NCBI GenBank assembly: GCA_964187785.1
Contig: OZ076409.1
Span: 29,948,001-30,012,000 of the forward strand
Length of the DNA: 64,000 bases
DNA from: Amphiscolops sp. MND2022
Lineage: Eukaryota
Reading direction: 5' to 3'
In this document: positions 37,510 to 52,004 of the stretch, piece by piece
Layout: each line of letters opens with the position of its first letter
Position numbering within the stretch: position 1 is the first letter of the stretch
Position numbers and translations under genes: made by a program
The notes under the pieces: model-generated
What the model was told of the DNA's origin: nothing
Databases searched by the model: none
Seen by the model: only the letters and a program-made list of their open reading frames with translations

Positions 37510-40500
37510 TTAATTGATAAAACGACCGTCAAGACGGGTCCCTCACGTACAAACTCAACTTCAACTAACCCGGCGAAGAAAGATGAAGGTAGTAATCACC
37601 TGGTCGAATGCACAGGATAGTGTTCGCAGTGTGATTACAGTTAATGAAAGAATAATTTTGTTCCTGAATAATGAAAAGTTGGTTCTTGACAACCTCTATA
37701 AGCTTCAAAAATAGGATGCGGAACTACTTAATTGTGCCTATAAAAGATTGAAGAAGTACTCCCCCTGAGACATCGGGATATCTGACAAAATTTTCTTCTG
37801 TATGCTGAACTTTTGATGTTATGCTGCGGTGACATTGAACCGAATCCAGGTCCTCAGATGTGCTATGAAAACTTTTTCAAAATATCTGAAAAGTATAAAA
37901 GCAACTTACGCTATGTTCATCTGAACTTTCAAGATGTATCTAAAAAAAACATATGCAATTGAAGTCTTTTATTAATGACATGGGCAAAAACGCTATTATT
38001 GGAATTTCTGAAAGCTGGCTTACTCCTAACGATAAAATGTCGTCATGGAATGTAGCTCCGAAAACTCAAACTTTTCAGATGCGACAGGAGTTCAGCTAAC
38101 TGTAAGAAGAAGGGCGGAGGAGTTATGATTTTTGTACCCTTGAGACTAGCTCCAATCGAACGTGATGGTTTAAATCTCTTCGATAACTCAACTTTTGATT
38201 CGTTATGGGTAGAATGTCGTTGTAATTTTTCGAAAAACTGCAAGTCTAAAATGCTTTTGAATATAACTTATAATCCCTTGAAGAAATACCAAATTGATTT
38301 CCTTGAACACTTAATGACAAACTTTGATAATGCATCTTGTGAATCTATGGAAATAACGCTTATGGGTGACTATAACTTGGATTACCTCACTCCGCTTGAA
38401 AAAGAAAATCTTGATACGGTAGTGTTACCTTATGGGTTTACAGTAGCTTCTCCTTATTTACCAACTCGAGTATGCAAGTCCACAAAAACCCACATTGATT
38501 ATATACTAGCTGAAAATATTGATGAGAAAAGTTTTGTTTTTGAAACTCCTTTCAAAACTGATCACTTCTGTTCTGTTTTGTTCACCGAAGTAAGTGCGGG
38601 TAAACAAAAGTGCATAAGACTACCCAGATTTGACAAGACAAAATACGTAAAGGCTGCTTTTTGCCAAACACTGTCAGATATTCCATGGTGCAAAATCTAT
38701 CGATGCTCAAGTGCTTATGATATGTTCAATGTTTGTTTATCTGCTATCAAGTGCCCTGGAAAAGCATGCTCCTTTCAAAAAAGTTTTCTTGAGGAAAAAA
38801 ACTCCGAAACTTTTCAAAGAAACTTGGTTTGACGAGGAATGCAAAAACTTACTACGTGAACGGCAGTTGGCCTTTGAAAAATTCATGATCTGGAAATTGG
38901 TCTGCTTATTGTAAACTACGATCAAAATTATCGTCCGTTGTGAAAGAAAAACAAAGATTTTCTTGGAATTGTTTTATCTCTCTCAAATCGTCAAAAGACC
39001 GCTGGAACTTTATAAACAACGTACGGGGTCAAAATCAATCAGTCAACATTGCAGCTGTGAAAAATTCTTTTGGAGACTTGATTGTCGATGATAAGAAAAT
39101 TGCTGAACACTTCAACTTCATCTCAAACCTTGGCCAATATTTTGGTAGAGAGTATGAGAGTGCTCCTGTATTTAAGGCTGGTGATGAGTCGTTCTGCTTC
39201 TGCCCAATTACAGAAAAAGATTGTTATGATATTTTGAAACAAATAATTCCCCACAAACCAACTGGTCCCTGTAAAGTACCTGCATGGGCAATTATCGACG
39301 GTCAAAAAATCTTAGTCCCTCATCTGACATTTGTTCTAAATGAATGCATCAAGGATTGTGTGTTCCCTTCAATGCTAAAAAGGGCAGTAATAACTTCAAT
39401 TTTTAAAAAAGATGACATCTTGGACCCGTTAAATTATCGCCCCATTTCAATAACTACTCCGTTCTCAAAAATCTTCGAGAAATGTCTGCACAAAAAAATA
39501 ACTGCTTACGCAGAGAGTCGTGGGATACTCACACCACTTCAATTTGGTTTTCGATCGAAAGTTTCTGCGCAAGTTGCCATTTTGTATTTTATTGAAACAA
39601 TCCAACACGAGATCGAAATTGGAGATATAGTACATGCTGTCCTACTTGATCTATCTAAAGCTTTTCACTCACTTTCACATCAAATTCTTCTCAAGAAACT
39701 CGAATCGTTACATTTTTCACCTTCGGCTACACAAATCGTGGAAAGTTTTTTTAACAGGTCGATTGCAACAAGTCTCTGTGAATGGTGTTCTGTTTGAATG
39801 GATTGAATTGAAACAAGGTGTCCCCCAAGGAACAGTCGTAGGACCATTATTTTTCAACCTGTATGTGAATGATCTTCCAGAACTTATAAGCAGACCTGCT
39901 CATATATTACAGTATGCTGACGATTGTTTAGTTTTCTGTAGTGATAAAAAATCTGAGATTGCTCTTGAAATATTGCAAGACAATATATATAAATTAGAAT
40001 ACTTTTGTATGAATAAGCTGAATTTAGACGGAAGTAAAACGGAATTCATAACCTTCTCCCTCAAAAATGATAAACGCCTCAACGACTCAGAAACAGTTAC
40101 TGTGGGCTCCACCTTAGTAAAGAAATCAGACCATTGCAAATACTTAGGTGTAACCATTGATAAACACCTCGGGTTCCAAACACAAGTTAAAAAGGTGCTG
40201 AAAAATATGGCAGTTGGTATAAAAACTGTTGAAACTGTCCAACACAGGTTTTAAACTGGGGTACTTCTCATGCTTTTCCACGCACTTGTGATGAGTCACC
40301 TGGAATATTCTCTATTGTTTTTCTTCAAAGTTAGTTCTTCTTTGTTGCTCTCACTAGAAAAACAGATGAATTGGGCTTTGAAAAGCGTGTTTTTTTGTTC
40401 GAATATCAAGTCATCTCATGAATTGAGAAAAAACAAAGGTATAATCAGTATACGTCACTTGATTATGTTCAAATCCCTGATTTACTTCTTTCAGTACATT

Positions 40501-40920
40501 AATAATCAAAAAACTTTCCAAAACCAGTTGAAGTTACCTACAGCAACATATCGATGGAATTCCCGTACGAATCAAGTTATTTATACGGGTAATTTTTCAT
40601 CTGTTTCAACTTCATCATTCTTTCATTGTACTGCACTGAAGTGGAACTCACTACCACTACATATGCGAGATCCAAGTGTGAGTCTACATGTATTCAAAAG
40701 TAGATTGAAAATTCATCTGGAAAAAGAGTCAAATGCAGTTCCTATTCAGGTAGCTAGTACCTGGCGTGATTTCCGCTTCAAATAAACCTGTCTGTCTTTC
40801 TTTTTAATTGTTGTAAAGTTTGAGAAAACTACTTATGCTTGCATAAGTCATCTACACTTATTGTATGGTAAGCTATCAGCTATCCCCTTACAATAATATA
40901 GTGTTGTCTCTCTCTCTCTC
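37510..40920 (+). mobile_element. L2/CR1-group LINE ORF2 (2A-APE-RT), frameshifted, inside a HINE-A copy (~37121-41261)
   Basis: APE motifs ISESWL, GGGVMIFV, MGDYN, HIDYI and TDH. RT motifs NYRPISIT, QFGFR, DLSKAF, GVPQG, YADD and KYLGVTID. Ends in a (CT)n tail at ~40907-40920. Confidence 0.93.
37801..37854 (+). other. 2A-like ribosomal skipping peptide (YAELLMLCCGDIEPNPGP)
   Basis: ggt gac att gaa ccg aat cca ggt cct encodes GDIEPNPGP, matching D[V/I]ExNPGP immediately upstream of the APE domain. Confidence 0.85.
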
Positions 40921-42917
40921 TTTTTTCCATGTGACTTTTTTCGATTGTTTTTATCGAAACTCCCTCAATTTTCACTAGAAACGAATCTTGCCAGCGTAGA
41001 GGACTCCTTAGGGTTTTTGGCACTATCGACTCACCAGAGACTTCATTTAAAATATTTTCCGCAATTTTTAGTTTTTTGAAAGACTTTGTTGTCTCCAGTT
41101 GGGGAATACGTGGTTTTCCAGCCCTATGTGTATGCCTTGAACTATTTTTGGCACTGTAAAATTGATGAAATTTTGGCGAAAGTGTCCTCTTGCATATGTA
41201 AACAAAACTTTACTTTTTTGAACCTTGAATGGGCGCCGACTTTGGCTCTTTCCAACTGGTTTTGCTTCGATTGATAATCATATTTATTTTTCACTAAATT
41301 TTGGTTGCATTGAAGACGGCAACACCAGTAGCCAAGATAGATCGTCAATCTGTTCCATCAACGGTCAACTCTTTTAACAATTCTGATATTATTACATAGT
41401 GGGTCAGCGCGGCAACTTCGGTGACAAAAATTGCAGCTATAATTCGAATTTGAACTCCTGATTCTAAATTTCATTCGCGAAACATTGAAACTTTAAATTC
41501 TGAAATAAAAATCACCTTTGGCCCATTTCTCGAAGGCCAGCTCTTTTCATTTGTAAGTGCAAGACGTTGAACTTTGCCCCTTTATAGGGACCAAAGAATG
41601 AAAAGTAACTGCGTGGTTGTAAAGATTTGACATGCAATATGGCTCACAAAGAACATTGTAATTATATTCAAACTAAATTGAGAAACCAGTAATAATCAAT
41701 CGCAATACATAATTCAGTAGTTTTGTATTTTTCATATGGAATAGTAATGAATATCTAAATAATGTGCTCGAACATGCAAAAGAACAATATTTGTAATTGG
41801 AAAATCTAGCTTCATTCAATGGTTTGATTGCTACCAAGAGAAGTTGGGGTGATTCCCATCCTCGGCAAGTTTTTAGATTCGTTCATTTTACACTGGCGTT
41901 TGCGAGGACCCGAGCTTCGCTTCCCGATCTAAACAGTTTAGTCCTGAAGATTGCTTTTCTTTACACGTTCCTTCAGCACACATGCGGCTCTTGTTAATAT
42001 TGGACCTAGAAGTTAATGGTTACTGTATCGTAAAGCAGAAATATTATGCCCCGCATGGGCCTATTTGGTTATTGAAATTAACCGCTTGAAGTTAGGAATT
42101 TGACCGATCAAGTGATATGAACACACAGAGCTTTCCTTCATATTTTTTCGAGCAATCAGCTACGTTGCAATAGGGCAGGGCTTTGATTTTTAAAAAACCA
42201 TTTTCAATATATCCCTTCACGCATGCACGTCGATCAAATTTGACTGAAATTTAATGCCCACTGGAAGGAGGTAATCGAATATGCAGATTAAACAAAAAGC
42301 AGAATAGTTAATCAGCAGCCTTGGAATAGCTACCGAATAGAACTCATTATTTCCTTCCGTTGCTGATCGGTGTTAAAGCTGGTGCGTTCGATTGCACATC
42401 GTATGTTCTGCCCTCCACGCGGGCGCCATGTTGGCCCTCGTTTCGCTCGGTGATGCTTTCTTGGTTATCTTAATCTCAGTCGTAGTTTAAATCCGATGCA
42501 TTGAAATTTTGAGTGAATACTTATGGCCAGAATATGAGACTGTTTGATGGCACAAACAATAATTTTTGACTGGTCTGGTTGTTCCACTCACTCCCCTTGA
42601 CACTAGCCTGTTCATGATTCTGGACTCACGGGTGTCAATAGCTTAAAAAGGGATGCGTGAACAAAATTACATTTAAATATTGTATGGAAACAATTCAACC
42701 TCTGTGAAAAATAGATCGGACAGCGTGTAAACAAAAACCCAATATTTTACATGGATGGTGATATAGTTTGAAGGCACTGAAATTCAATTGACCGATTTTT
42801 ATATAAACAGCCTTCTGGTCAAGGCTGGCACGTTCGTTTTGAACTGTATTTAACAGCAGTAAAAAGTTATAAACAATTACAAAACGTTTTTTCAGGTAGT
42901 TATCCTCGAACTAAAGA

Positions 42918-43525
42918 AAACAAGCCGTGACCGGCGCCATATCTAAGGCTCAAAAATAGCAAAAGGGCTTCAAAGTGTCAATTTACAGTACTCGATAATC
43001 GAAAAAGCAAAAAATATGAACCGAGTGGCGCGCCGGGGCCCGCTAGCGCGAGCCTCTGGCGCGCTAAAAGGGGGGCACTTCCGAAATTGTCAACATTTTT
43101 GTCGCAGTTGAAGGGGGGAACCTTTGGAGAAAAAACAAATTTTCGAAAAAAGTCTCACAATGCCAAAAAAACTGAAAAGGGGGACCCTTTGGGATTTTTA
43201 AACACCCAATCTGTTGTAAAATATCAAAGAAATTGAAGGGGGGACCTTTTGGAGAGAAAATAATTTTAGGAAAAAAGTCTCACAATGCCGAAAAACTGAA
43301 AGGAGGCCCTTTGGGGTTTTTCAACATCCATTCTGTCGCAAAACATCAAAAAATTGAAGGGGGAAAATTTTTATTTTCGGAAAGACTCAGTGCCGAAAAA
43401 ACTGAAAGGGGGGACCCTTTGGGATTTTCCAGCATCCATTCTGTCGCAAAACAGCAAAAAATTAAAGGGGGGTTCCTTTGGGGAATTTTTTTTGCAAAAA
43501 AGTCTCGCAGTGCCGAAAAATTGAA
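42918..43525 (-). mobile_element. HINE family A partial copy with internal ~110-bp tandem repeats
   Basis: Has the AACAAG...GGCGCCATATCTAAGGCTCAAAA end and repeated AAAGTCTCACAATGCCGAAAAACTGAAAGGGGGACCCTTTGGGA units. Confidence 0.7.
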
Positions 43526-46500
43526 ATTTGTTTCATTCTAATTTAAAAACACGTTTTTCCCAGCCCTGCATCTAGTGAAGGAGACTAGTTTTCGATTTTT
43601 TTTTCGAAAACTATGGAAATCCTTGCCAGTCCTTGGAATCCTTGAGTTATCCTATCAAGGACTTGGAATCCTTGAGTTGTCCTGGCAAGGACTTAAGTCC
43701 ACTGCAGTGTCAGTACGGGCACTGTCGATAATAGCCGAATTTAGTGTTTGTTTTAATCCAATATTTTCCTCAAAAAATGAAGGTTCAATTTATTTCCTAC
43801 GCTTTTGCTGGTCAATTTATTTGACCGCAGCTATTATATTGATGAGCCCTCCATTTATTTTCTTGTATGATTCCGAATTTACTGATGCTCCGCTATTATT
43901 TGAACAAGATGGGTTTTCCGTCCTGATTTACTTGAGCAACGACAAGTTTTGGAAATGCTCAAGCGTAACCAATGAATGTGTGCCAACAACAACGTCCAAA
44001 AGTTGCACAAAGTTCGAAAATTTTGCTTTTTTGGACACTTCATATTTTAGGGTTTTTGGAAAATGCTTAACTAATTTTTGTAGTTACAATCAAATGGCTC
44101 ATTACCACAAAACAATATAAAAATTGTGAATGAAGTGTATGAAACTTAAGAAATTGGAAAACGTTGGGTTGTTCTCTCTGGATAGTTGTAACGTAAACAT
44201 CCAAAAATTGGACAAATTTTGCATAACACGGGTAAAAATTTTTGAGGGGTTTTGAAACAATTTCAAAATATAAACCTTGATTTTTTTAAAAGCCTGCTGT
44301 ACGATGTGCTTCTTCGTCGTTGAACTCTCCGGTTATTCTTACCCACAAGTAACATTCAAAACGGCAAAGTTGGGATAAAACGCGGCACAAATAGTAATAT
44401 CCTTTCCTCATTGAAAGACATTGAAACAAGCTGAGGGGATAAAAGTTTTGAGGAGTTAGCATTAGATGTATTCCGTTTCATGGCTCATCCTAGCACTTTG
44501 TTTTTTGCCTTTTCGTCGGAAATCTTCAAAATCGTAATTTTTTCCACGAAAAAGTTCAGAACAAAACAACTAAATGTGGAATAGAAAACAACATGAATTA
44601 TCCCTTTGTGTAGAGATTTCGCGGTGCAATTAACGCGGGAAGAGTTGTAATTACATTCACGTTATTTCAAGATTCTTGATTTCAATAGGTTGAAATGACA
44701 GCTGTTGAAATTGCATTGGACGAATTGATCTGTGACCGTTTTTAAGATCTAATTGAATAATTCAATATGTAATTAAAATGGTGAACGCTGTTAATTCCAA
44801 TCAACACGACGAAATTTCTGGGTTGTCAATGCGGTCGCCTTCAAAAAATTCCGGCCTCGGGGGAGTGTTCCCTGATGAGGCCGGTCATCGATCAGTAACC
44901 AGTTTTCTTATGCCAAAACGGGGGAAAAGTGCCTCAAGTCTCAAATTTCTCAAATCTCTTCCATACGATTTGGCGTGTAGGTAGTGCATCGGAAATGATT
45001 AGGATGAGTTATAGTCGTATGTTTGGCAAAATGTTTTTTGTTGAACATTTTTTGTCAAATGGGGCCAAAAATGGCCTTTTTTGCGCATTTTTTGCTTGAG
45101 TTGGTACAAGCGATACAGGTGTGGGGTATGGATTTGTAGGCGGTCTAAGTAGCTTGCTGATGATGGTTTTCAATTTTCGCTCACATCACCCCCTACACCG
45201 GAAATGCCCAATTTGTCACATCCGGTCGCAATTTTCGACTTTTTTGGATGGAGTCAGAGCCGCTTTCCGGTGTGAAGGAATGGGTTAAGCGCACCGACAG
45301 CTAAATACTAAAAGTAGGTTTAGGCAAAATCTTTTCAAGAAAAAAATTTGAGTCCGTACCTAACACACCCCCTCACCGGAAATATGCGTCACGCCTCCTT
45401 TTTCTGTGTTGCAAAAGTGACATGTGAACATTTGACAAAATCTGAAGCCCCGGAGCATCGTGGGACCTTACTACTTTCTAAACACCTATCCTTCGCACTA
45501 CCCGAAGTGGCCGGAAGTTGCACCAGAAATGACATTATTGGACCGGAAAAGGTCGAAGAGTGACTTTCTCTTTTGGTACAATTTTGAGGCAAAAAGCATA
45601 TTTCGCTTGTTGTACTTGAACACGAAACCATCTTTAGCTCGAATTTAATCGGGTTTTTCCGCCATGAAAGCGCAGGACTTGCTGGTCGGATACTGTAGAT
45701 CAATTTTAAGACTAGCTTTTTGCTTTTTAGAACACTGAGAAGTCGCAATCTCTACCAGATGACCGGAAATGGGAGTAATTGCCGCCTTTGTTATTTCAAT
45801 GTTAAATGGTTAAAATCGGCAAATTTTTTCCCACGATTGTTGCTGAGATTCTATCTAAGCAATAAAATCTTGTCATGAAGTGCTCCCAATCTGGGAGATA
45901 TAAATATCGCTATGTTTTAGTATTACGTACATGAATAATCGCCGTAACAAAATGTTCTTAAAAATCAACCATTTTAATGTCCTACAGATTGTCCTCATAC
46001 CCGAAACAATTCAAGTTTGTAGCTTCAGTTTTCAGGCTTCCGCGACGATTTAGTTGAGATGATAGTTTTCACATTCTCCGCGAAACGTGCATTTCAATGT
46101 ATTCTTGACACATTTATTGGGCTGTTTCACATTGTAATTCAAAACTAGTTGACCATACAATTTGGAACTATTGAAAAGTTTTCAATTAAATATTAAGTTT
46201 ATTTTTAATGCGTTTCCGTTGGAGACACTATTTTGTGGTTATTAGAACAGGTTGAATAAGTGGCCAGTGCGATACATCGTTTAATACAAAGCGTTTAACA
46301 TCGGCTTTTTGCGAATAAAGACAAGCATGATTTGTTGGCACTTATCACCATATCGCTACAAATCGGTTGTGATATGACAAACAATTGAACTCCTGTTTTC
46401 ATTACTACTTCGAAATCAACGTGAAAACTTAAATCAATCTAATAAAATATGGAGCTGAAAATAAGCATTTCAAGTCGGGGTTCAACCTAATTCTATCACT

Positions 46501-47759
46501 CCAGACCATTTTTATGTCGTAGGAACGATAAAGTTTGTTAAACAGATGAGAACATTGAACAATTGTAATTTTAAAGCTTCCAAAATGAGAAGAAAAAAGT
46601 TAGTTATTCTGTCAAAACAATGATAATCACCTGAAAAAACATCAAGCTTTCGTATCGTTCAAGGGTCTAAATTGTGAATGTTTTTTTTATATATATCCAA
46701 GAGTTCCTAATCAAGCATGCGTTTCAAATGTTACACGGGTAGCATCGTTTTCAATTCAAACCACAGTGCTTTTCAATGTGGTTTCAAACTGGCAAAAAGA
46801 ACATAGGCACAATCACCACGTTCCCAAAATTCCTGCAGAACAACCGATTTCATTGAAAATCCTAGTTGATTCTACAGGGTATATGGCGAGAATACTGTTG
46901 GATTCTGAAGTTGATAACCTGATTTCTTGGGTTTGCGAGATGAATCACAACGGAAATCCGATTACAGGTCGTCTGAATAGAAAACCTGTTGCTCTGCAAA
47001 CGAATGGACTGAAGTAGTCGAAATGTTTCTCTGACACTTTCGATCAGAGAAAATTTGAGTCCTAGATTCGAATCAGGTTGGTTTCAGGTGGCTCGAAGGG
47101 ACAATTTTTAAGGACGATTAGTCTAATTTTGCTTGAATGTCTTCTATAATGCAACGATAATTCACTGATCTGTACTGGTGAGAAAAAAAACAACTGATAG
47201 CCCAAAAACAATCTATGTATTTGGGTTATCTCTTAGAAAGTTGTTTTTTAACCCCCTGTGACTCAACTGTAAGCTGTATGTAAAGAAACCTTTAAAGCAT
47301 TTAACTCTCAATCAACGCCCGACGTCCGTAGGCATGCCGAGGCATGCATTTCGACGACGCGGGCCAAATACAATCAAACGGCGCGACCACATTCTGGATT
47401 TGCTAATACGACGAAATTTCCGTCTTCCAATGGGACCCATGGTTTCTACTTATTCCTCGAAGGTTTCTGGTGATGTTTCAGCTCGAACGTGTATGTTTCT
47501 ATTTCTCGATCGCTTTCTAATGAGTATTTGAGATTAACCCAATACGCAGGTCGACAACCCGAAAGTCAAAAGTTTTTCGAACAAAACCGATCACTTCCAA
47601 GTTTCCTGTCAAATACTGTCAGTATGTAGTTTTTTTTCCGAAAGCCGTTGTGTCGCGATGTGCAAGCTCTTGTTAATAAAATCAATTTTACCTTGTTTAG
47701 TTGAATTGTAATTACACTTTATGAAACAGATTCTATTTGTATAACATGAGATTGTATAC

Positions 47760-48183
47760 CATGGATGTTAATTATAAATAACATGTTATTTAACAGGGTT
47801 ATAAATAACACGTGTTATTTATTTTTTTTAAACATATTTAACAATAAATTTCTAACATTTTCATTGTTTTGTTAATTTGTGTTCGTGTCCTATGTTCCGC
47901 ATTCGTTTGTATATACTAACATATGTTTTCAGGTTTTGTTATGGGTCGCCGTAAGAATGAAGTTTGGGGTTCCTTCAACTTGGGTTGACGTACGGGAAGT
48001 TAAGAACCCAACTCGGTGTTGAAAAAGCTGGAAAACTTGCTTTTCTATACAAACAATTGAATGCAAAATAGGAAAATTTGTGATTATTTTTTGAAAAAAA
48101 TAATTAACAATTAACCTGTTATTTTCGTTTTTAACATGTTAGTTTGTTATTTATGATAAATAACTTACAAATTAACAACCCTG
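47760..48183. mobile_element. hAT-like MITE, 8-bp TSD TTGTATAC
   Basis: TSD at 47752-47759 and 48184-48191. TIRs are CATGGATGTTAATT / AATTAACAACCCTG, with TAACA subterminal repeats. Confidence 0.85.
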
Positions 48184-49194
48184 TTGTATACTTGACAATG
48201 TATGTATATTGTATCCTTGATAAACAAACTTTACTTAAGCTGGGAGCGAGAAAAATTCATTCTAAATAGATTTTCATAGAAAGATGTATATCGAAAATAT
48301 ATAAAGAAGATGCTATTGACCATAGTTTTCAGTTGAAATGATCAAGTTTCACTTTCATTGTTTTCCGTTGCCTTTATTCTCCGTGTGCCTTTTAGATTTT
48401 TAGTCGTTTAGAAGGTCAATAATGAATGCTTTCTGACTATCCCCCACGCAAAAGGATGTCCGATTCACCTAGTCTTTTCAGTGCTTGAGCATCGTTTTCG
48501 GTTTTGTGAATCCTGTGTTGTGTTTTATCCAGTAGGGGCGGAGTTTGTAGCTGTGTGTGGAGTAAGATGAGGATGAGGTGATACATCCTTATAGTACAGT
48601 AGCAGCAATTAATAAATATTTCACGATTGTTCCTTCTCTTCGGTTGATCAATGATATCGTGTGACAGTGGCGGGAAAGTGCCGTGAACGCGCTGGGATGG
48701 GGTAACTGATAGCGCAGCACAGGAGAGAAGAGAGGCCATGCCTTCCTGGTATGGGCTGCTGCTTACTAAAGGAATATCAATATCCTTCGGTAACAGTTAT
48801 TGTCGCCAAAACCTCTTCAAGGTCTTCGCAATCTATTCGCTTCTGCTGCAATCAGGAATAAAGTCCTCATTAGGCAAAGAATTGAATTTGAAGCCGCCTT
48901 CAGCGTTTATCTGATATATTTAGACAGACCTGCACCACAAAATACTCTAAATGAATGAATCCTATGTTCCTTCTGCCAAGTCAGCTTCCTTTACCTTTAC
49001 TTTTCATTCAACTCCTGTTTCCAGTTTTATACCTGCTGTTTATATATGCCCCATGAACAATACGTGCCGTCTAGGCTGAAGACTATCTCCAGTCTTGGCT
49101 CCTTTTATTGGTTTGCAGCTTACCGCCGCTTGTTATTCACCCTTATACCAATCGAATGCAGCTCAAATCTTTCTGTAAGTCTATTTGGAAAAAA

Positions 49195-49693
49195 AACAAG
49201 CCGGGAACGGCCCAAGTTGGCTTCATATCTAAGGCTCAAAAATCTTCACGGAACAACAATTGGAAAAACTTGGCAAGAAATTACTTTTTTTTCAAAAAAA
49301 CTGTTTGGTAAAAAAAGTCGCTTATTGCCGAAAAACCCAAAAAGAGGTCATTTAGGCCCATTAAACGTTTTTTACAAACCGAAAACTTTCAAAAAATTCA
49401 AGGGGGTACCCTTTGATAGAATTCAAAAATTTTCGGAAAATGTCGCATAGTGCCGAAAAAAACCGCAAAGGGGGGACCCTTTGGTCTCCCCAATACTTTT
49501 GGAAGCATAAAAAATTTGTGATTTAGACTCCAACCCACGCTCTCCTGCTTCTCAGACCCCAGAAAATCCGGGTTAACTTCTCGGCCAAGAAGTTGAACAA
49601 ATGAACAAAAAAAGTGGACCGATAAAGTTGAACTGACGAAAAAAACTAGCCACTCTAAGAGTCGTGCTTTTTCTTCGAAAACGCCGACTAAAA
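49195..49693 (-). mobile_element. HINE family A complete copy
   Basis: Both ends are present: AACAAGCCGGGAACGGCCCAAG and GAAAACGCCGACTAAAA. Confidence 0.75.
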
Positions 49694-50475
49694 ACACCTG
49701 CAAAAATAAAGTAAATCCTTTTTGCGGTAAATACAGAATCATGTGCAATTGAGCATAAAATGAATTGTAGCTAAAATTCTTTGTACTCTTGTTATTTTGA
49801 AAATTTTTAAAGATATTTTAAACTCTGCGAAAGTAGTTATATTCATCTCAAACATGTCAAATACCTTCAGAAACCTGAGCATCGAACCGGAGGTTACCTT
49901 CAAATGCTTTTTAGGTCAGCGTCCGCTCCAGCTTGTTCCACGATGAACCATCGTTTTATGAATTGAGTTGATTTTGAGATCGGTGTTTCAAGTCATCTCT
50001 CATCACAGATGAGGCTAATCTTATCTAGGCTAATTCAATTTGCCAAACATTGGCTTCGTATAACCGGCCCAAATCTCCAATGTATTCAGGTTACAAACGC
50101 GAATAGAGTTGTCGATGTTACAGCTAATACGTGACAACTGCTTTTATCCAACATCTCGAAAAAGTTTCTTACCAGCAGTCTCAATCGGATTATAACTTGG
50201 AAATGTGAAATTCAAGACGTTGTTTTAAAATGCGAACTTAGTTGTGCTTTAGGGCGCTGGGGCACTACTCACATATTGATCTCTCAGTGCAGGTGATTTG
50301 GTGCGCAAATTAACGCCATTGTTATCCTTTTGAATAGACGCAAAGGAAGTACCGAAGGTAGCTACTGTAGTCTATTGCACATGACGAAGTCAATGTGCAT
50401 TGCAGTCCAGCTAAGTAAGTTTTTTTTCCACTGTAGTCAACTTCATAATGAGCGCCTTTTAGAAAAAAGCCAAAA

Positions 50476-50545
50476 CCCCAGAGAGATTCGAACCCGCAGC
50501 CTCCCGATTGCACGGCACAAGTGGTGACCACCGTGCCATAGGGAC
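50476..50545 (-). pseudogene. tRNA-derived (SINE head-like) sequence; copies at ~52921-52990 and ~55393-55462
   Basis: The minus strand has A-box-like TGGCACGGTGG and B-box GGTTCGAATC at tRNA spacing, but no intact acceptor stem. Confidence 0.55.
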
Positions 50546-50802
50546 GTTATTGAACAAAGTAGAACTGTTGAATATATACGCATGTGATTAAAATAATTTA
50601 TATACGCATATTAAAATAATCGATGTCTTCGTCATGTGTTGCGAAGCACCGCTTCGCCTCTGTGTTCCAATTATATCATTGCTTAATGCATTAAAATTCG
50701 CTGTCTTTTTATCGTCTACTTGACGCGTCATAAACATTCTCTAATATCATTAAATGATGAGGCAACGCCTCTTAATTTTCGTTCATTTTAGACTGAAATT
50801 GG

Positions 50803-52004
50803 TTTTAGTCGGCGCTTTTCTAGTGAAAAGAGCCCGACTATTACAGTGGCTAGTTTTTTTGTCAGGCCACAGACCTCATTGTGCATGTACCACTTTTTAG
50901 TACAGACTTTACTCGGTTTACGGTGAACCGAGCGATCACGGATTCGAGTCCTTGCCTTAGCCAGAAACTTTTTCGAGCATTTGCGAAGCGGACGAGACAG
51001 AAGGGTCCCCTCTTTCAATTTTTTTCGGCACTATGCGACTTGTTTTTCGATTTTTTCCTCCAAAGGATCCCCCCTTCAATTTTTTTTTGATATTTTGCAA
51101 CAAACTGTCTTTTTAATATTTCTGCGATAGGAGGAATATTATTGAAATCTCAACATGTCTACTATTTTCTCAGTAACATTCTTCGCACGATTACTGAAAA
51201 ATTCAGATATTTTGTTCGGGAGTGACTATAAGCGTGAGAATTAAATTTCTCAAGCTGTCGACGACATTTCAATTCTCGTGCGATGGAACGAGCGAGTGGT
51301 AATTGTGCATTCGTACGCTGACGTCATTGAGATGAAGCGAGCGAATGTTCGTAATTATGCGTTAATAATTCGATCGTTCAGAGCTTCGCCTGCATTCAAA
51401 TGCGAATGCGAAACTTCGTCTACGCTTATTAGTTATATTTTCTTTAGTCCGAGAAGAGTTGAAGGCGGTGTAAACTTGGATTACGTACCAAATAACATAA
51501 GAGCAAATAACATGAAAATAAAATTAGTTTCAAATAACATAAAAATGAAATTAGTTTCAAATAACAAAAATATAACCGAATACCCGGTTAAACAATCGAA
51601 CTCACGAATTTTCATTTGTAGTTTTTATACTTTTTTCCAGAGAATCTTTTGAATGATTTTGACAAGTAAAACTTTTTCGTAAACAATTTCATTTTTATTT
51701 TTGGTGAAACTCATTTCATTTTTATTTTATTCGACACTAGTTTTGTTTTTGTTATTTGCTCGTATGTTATTTTAGAATTCACCGTGAACTTGTACAGTGA
51801 CTAATTGCGCGCTAATTAATGACTAAACAGGAGTGTATTGGTATTCCTGATATGATTCTATTATTAATGTAAGATTAAAGCAGAAATAATTTGCCCCGGA
51901 GGGGCCTATTTTTAAAGCCTGAAGGGTTCCCCTTTTCCAGTTTTAAAATTTTTGCTCTTTTCGAGCCTTAGATGTAGCGCCGACTTTAGACTTTCCCGTC
52001 TTGT
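50803..52004 (+). mobile_element. HINE-A containing HINE-B (51115-51908), which contains a MITE (51478-51783)
   Basis: HINE-A ends are TTTTAGTCGGCGCTTTTCTAGTGAAAAGAGCCCGACT and GCGCCGACTTTAGACTTTCCCGTCTTGTT. The nest is repeated in array units 2 and 3. Confidence 0.8.
51478..51783. mobile_element. MITE (AAATAACA repeat arms), 8-bp TSD GTAAACTT/GTGAACTT; copies 53925-54230 and 56876-57181
   Basis: GG...CC termini with inverted arms. The empty site GGTGTAAACTTGTACAGTG is present at ~56098-56116. Confidence 0.88.

Noticed and set aside
43575..44120. 181-aa hydrophobic ORF
   Set aside because: It includes a 30-bp tandem repeat and AT-rich low-complexity sequence, with no motif.
44700..45800. 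CCGGAA-rich segment resembling a DNA transposon interior
   Set aside because: I could not define termini, TIRs or a TSD.
48437..48920. Possible host exon on the minus strand
   Set aside because: There are upstream in-frame stops, no recognisable domain and no supported splice structure.
50476..50545. Functional tRNA gene
   Set aside because: A and B boxes are present but the acceptor and anticodon stems do not pair properly, so it is recorded only as tRNA-derived.
51278..51652. 124-aa ORF repeated three times
   Set aside because: It is a chance frame across a HINE-B/MITE junction, and the repetition comes from the tandem duplication.
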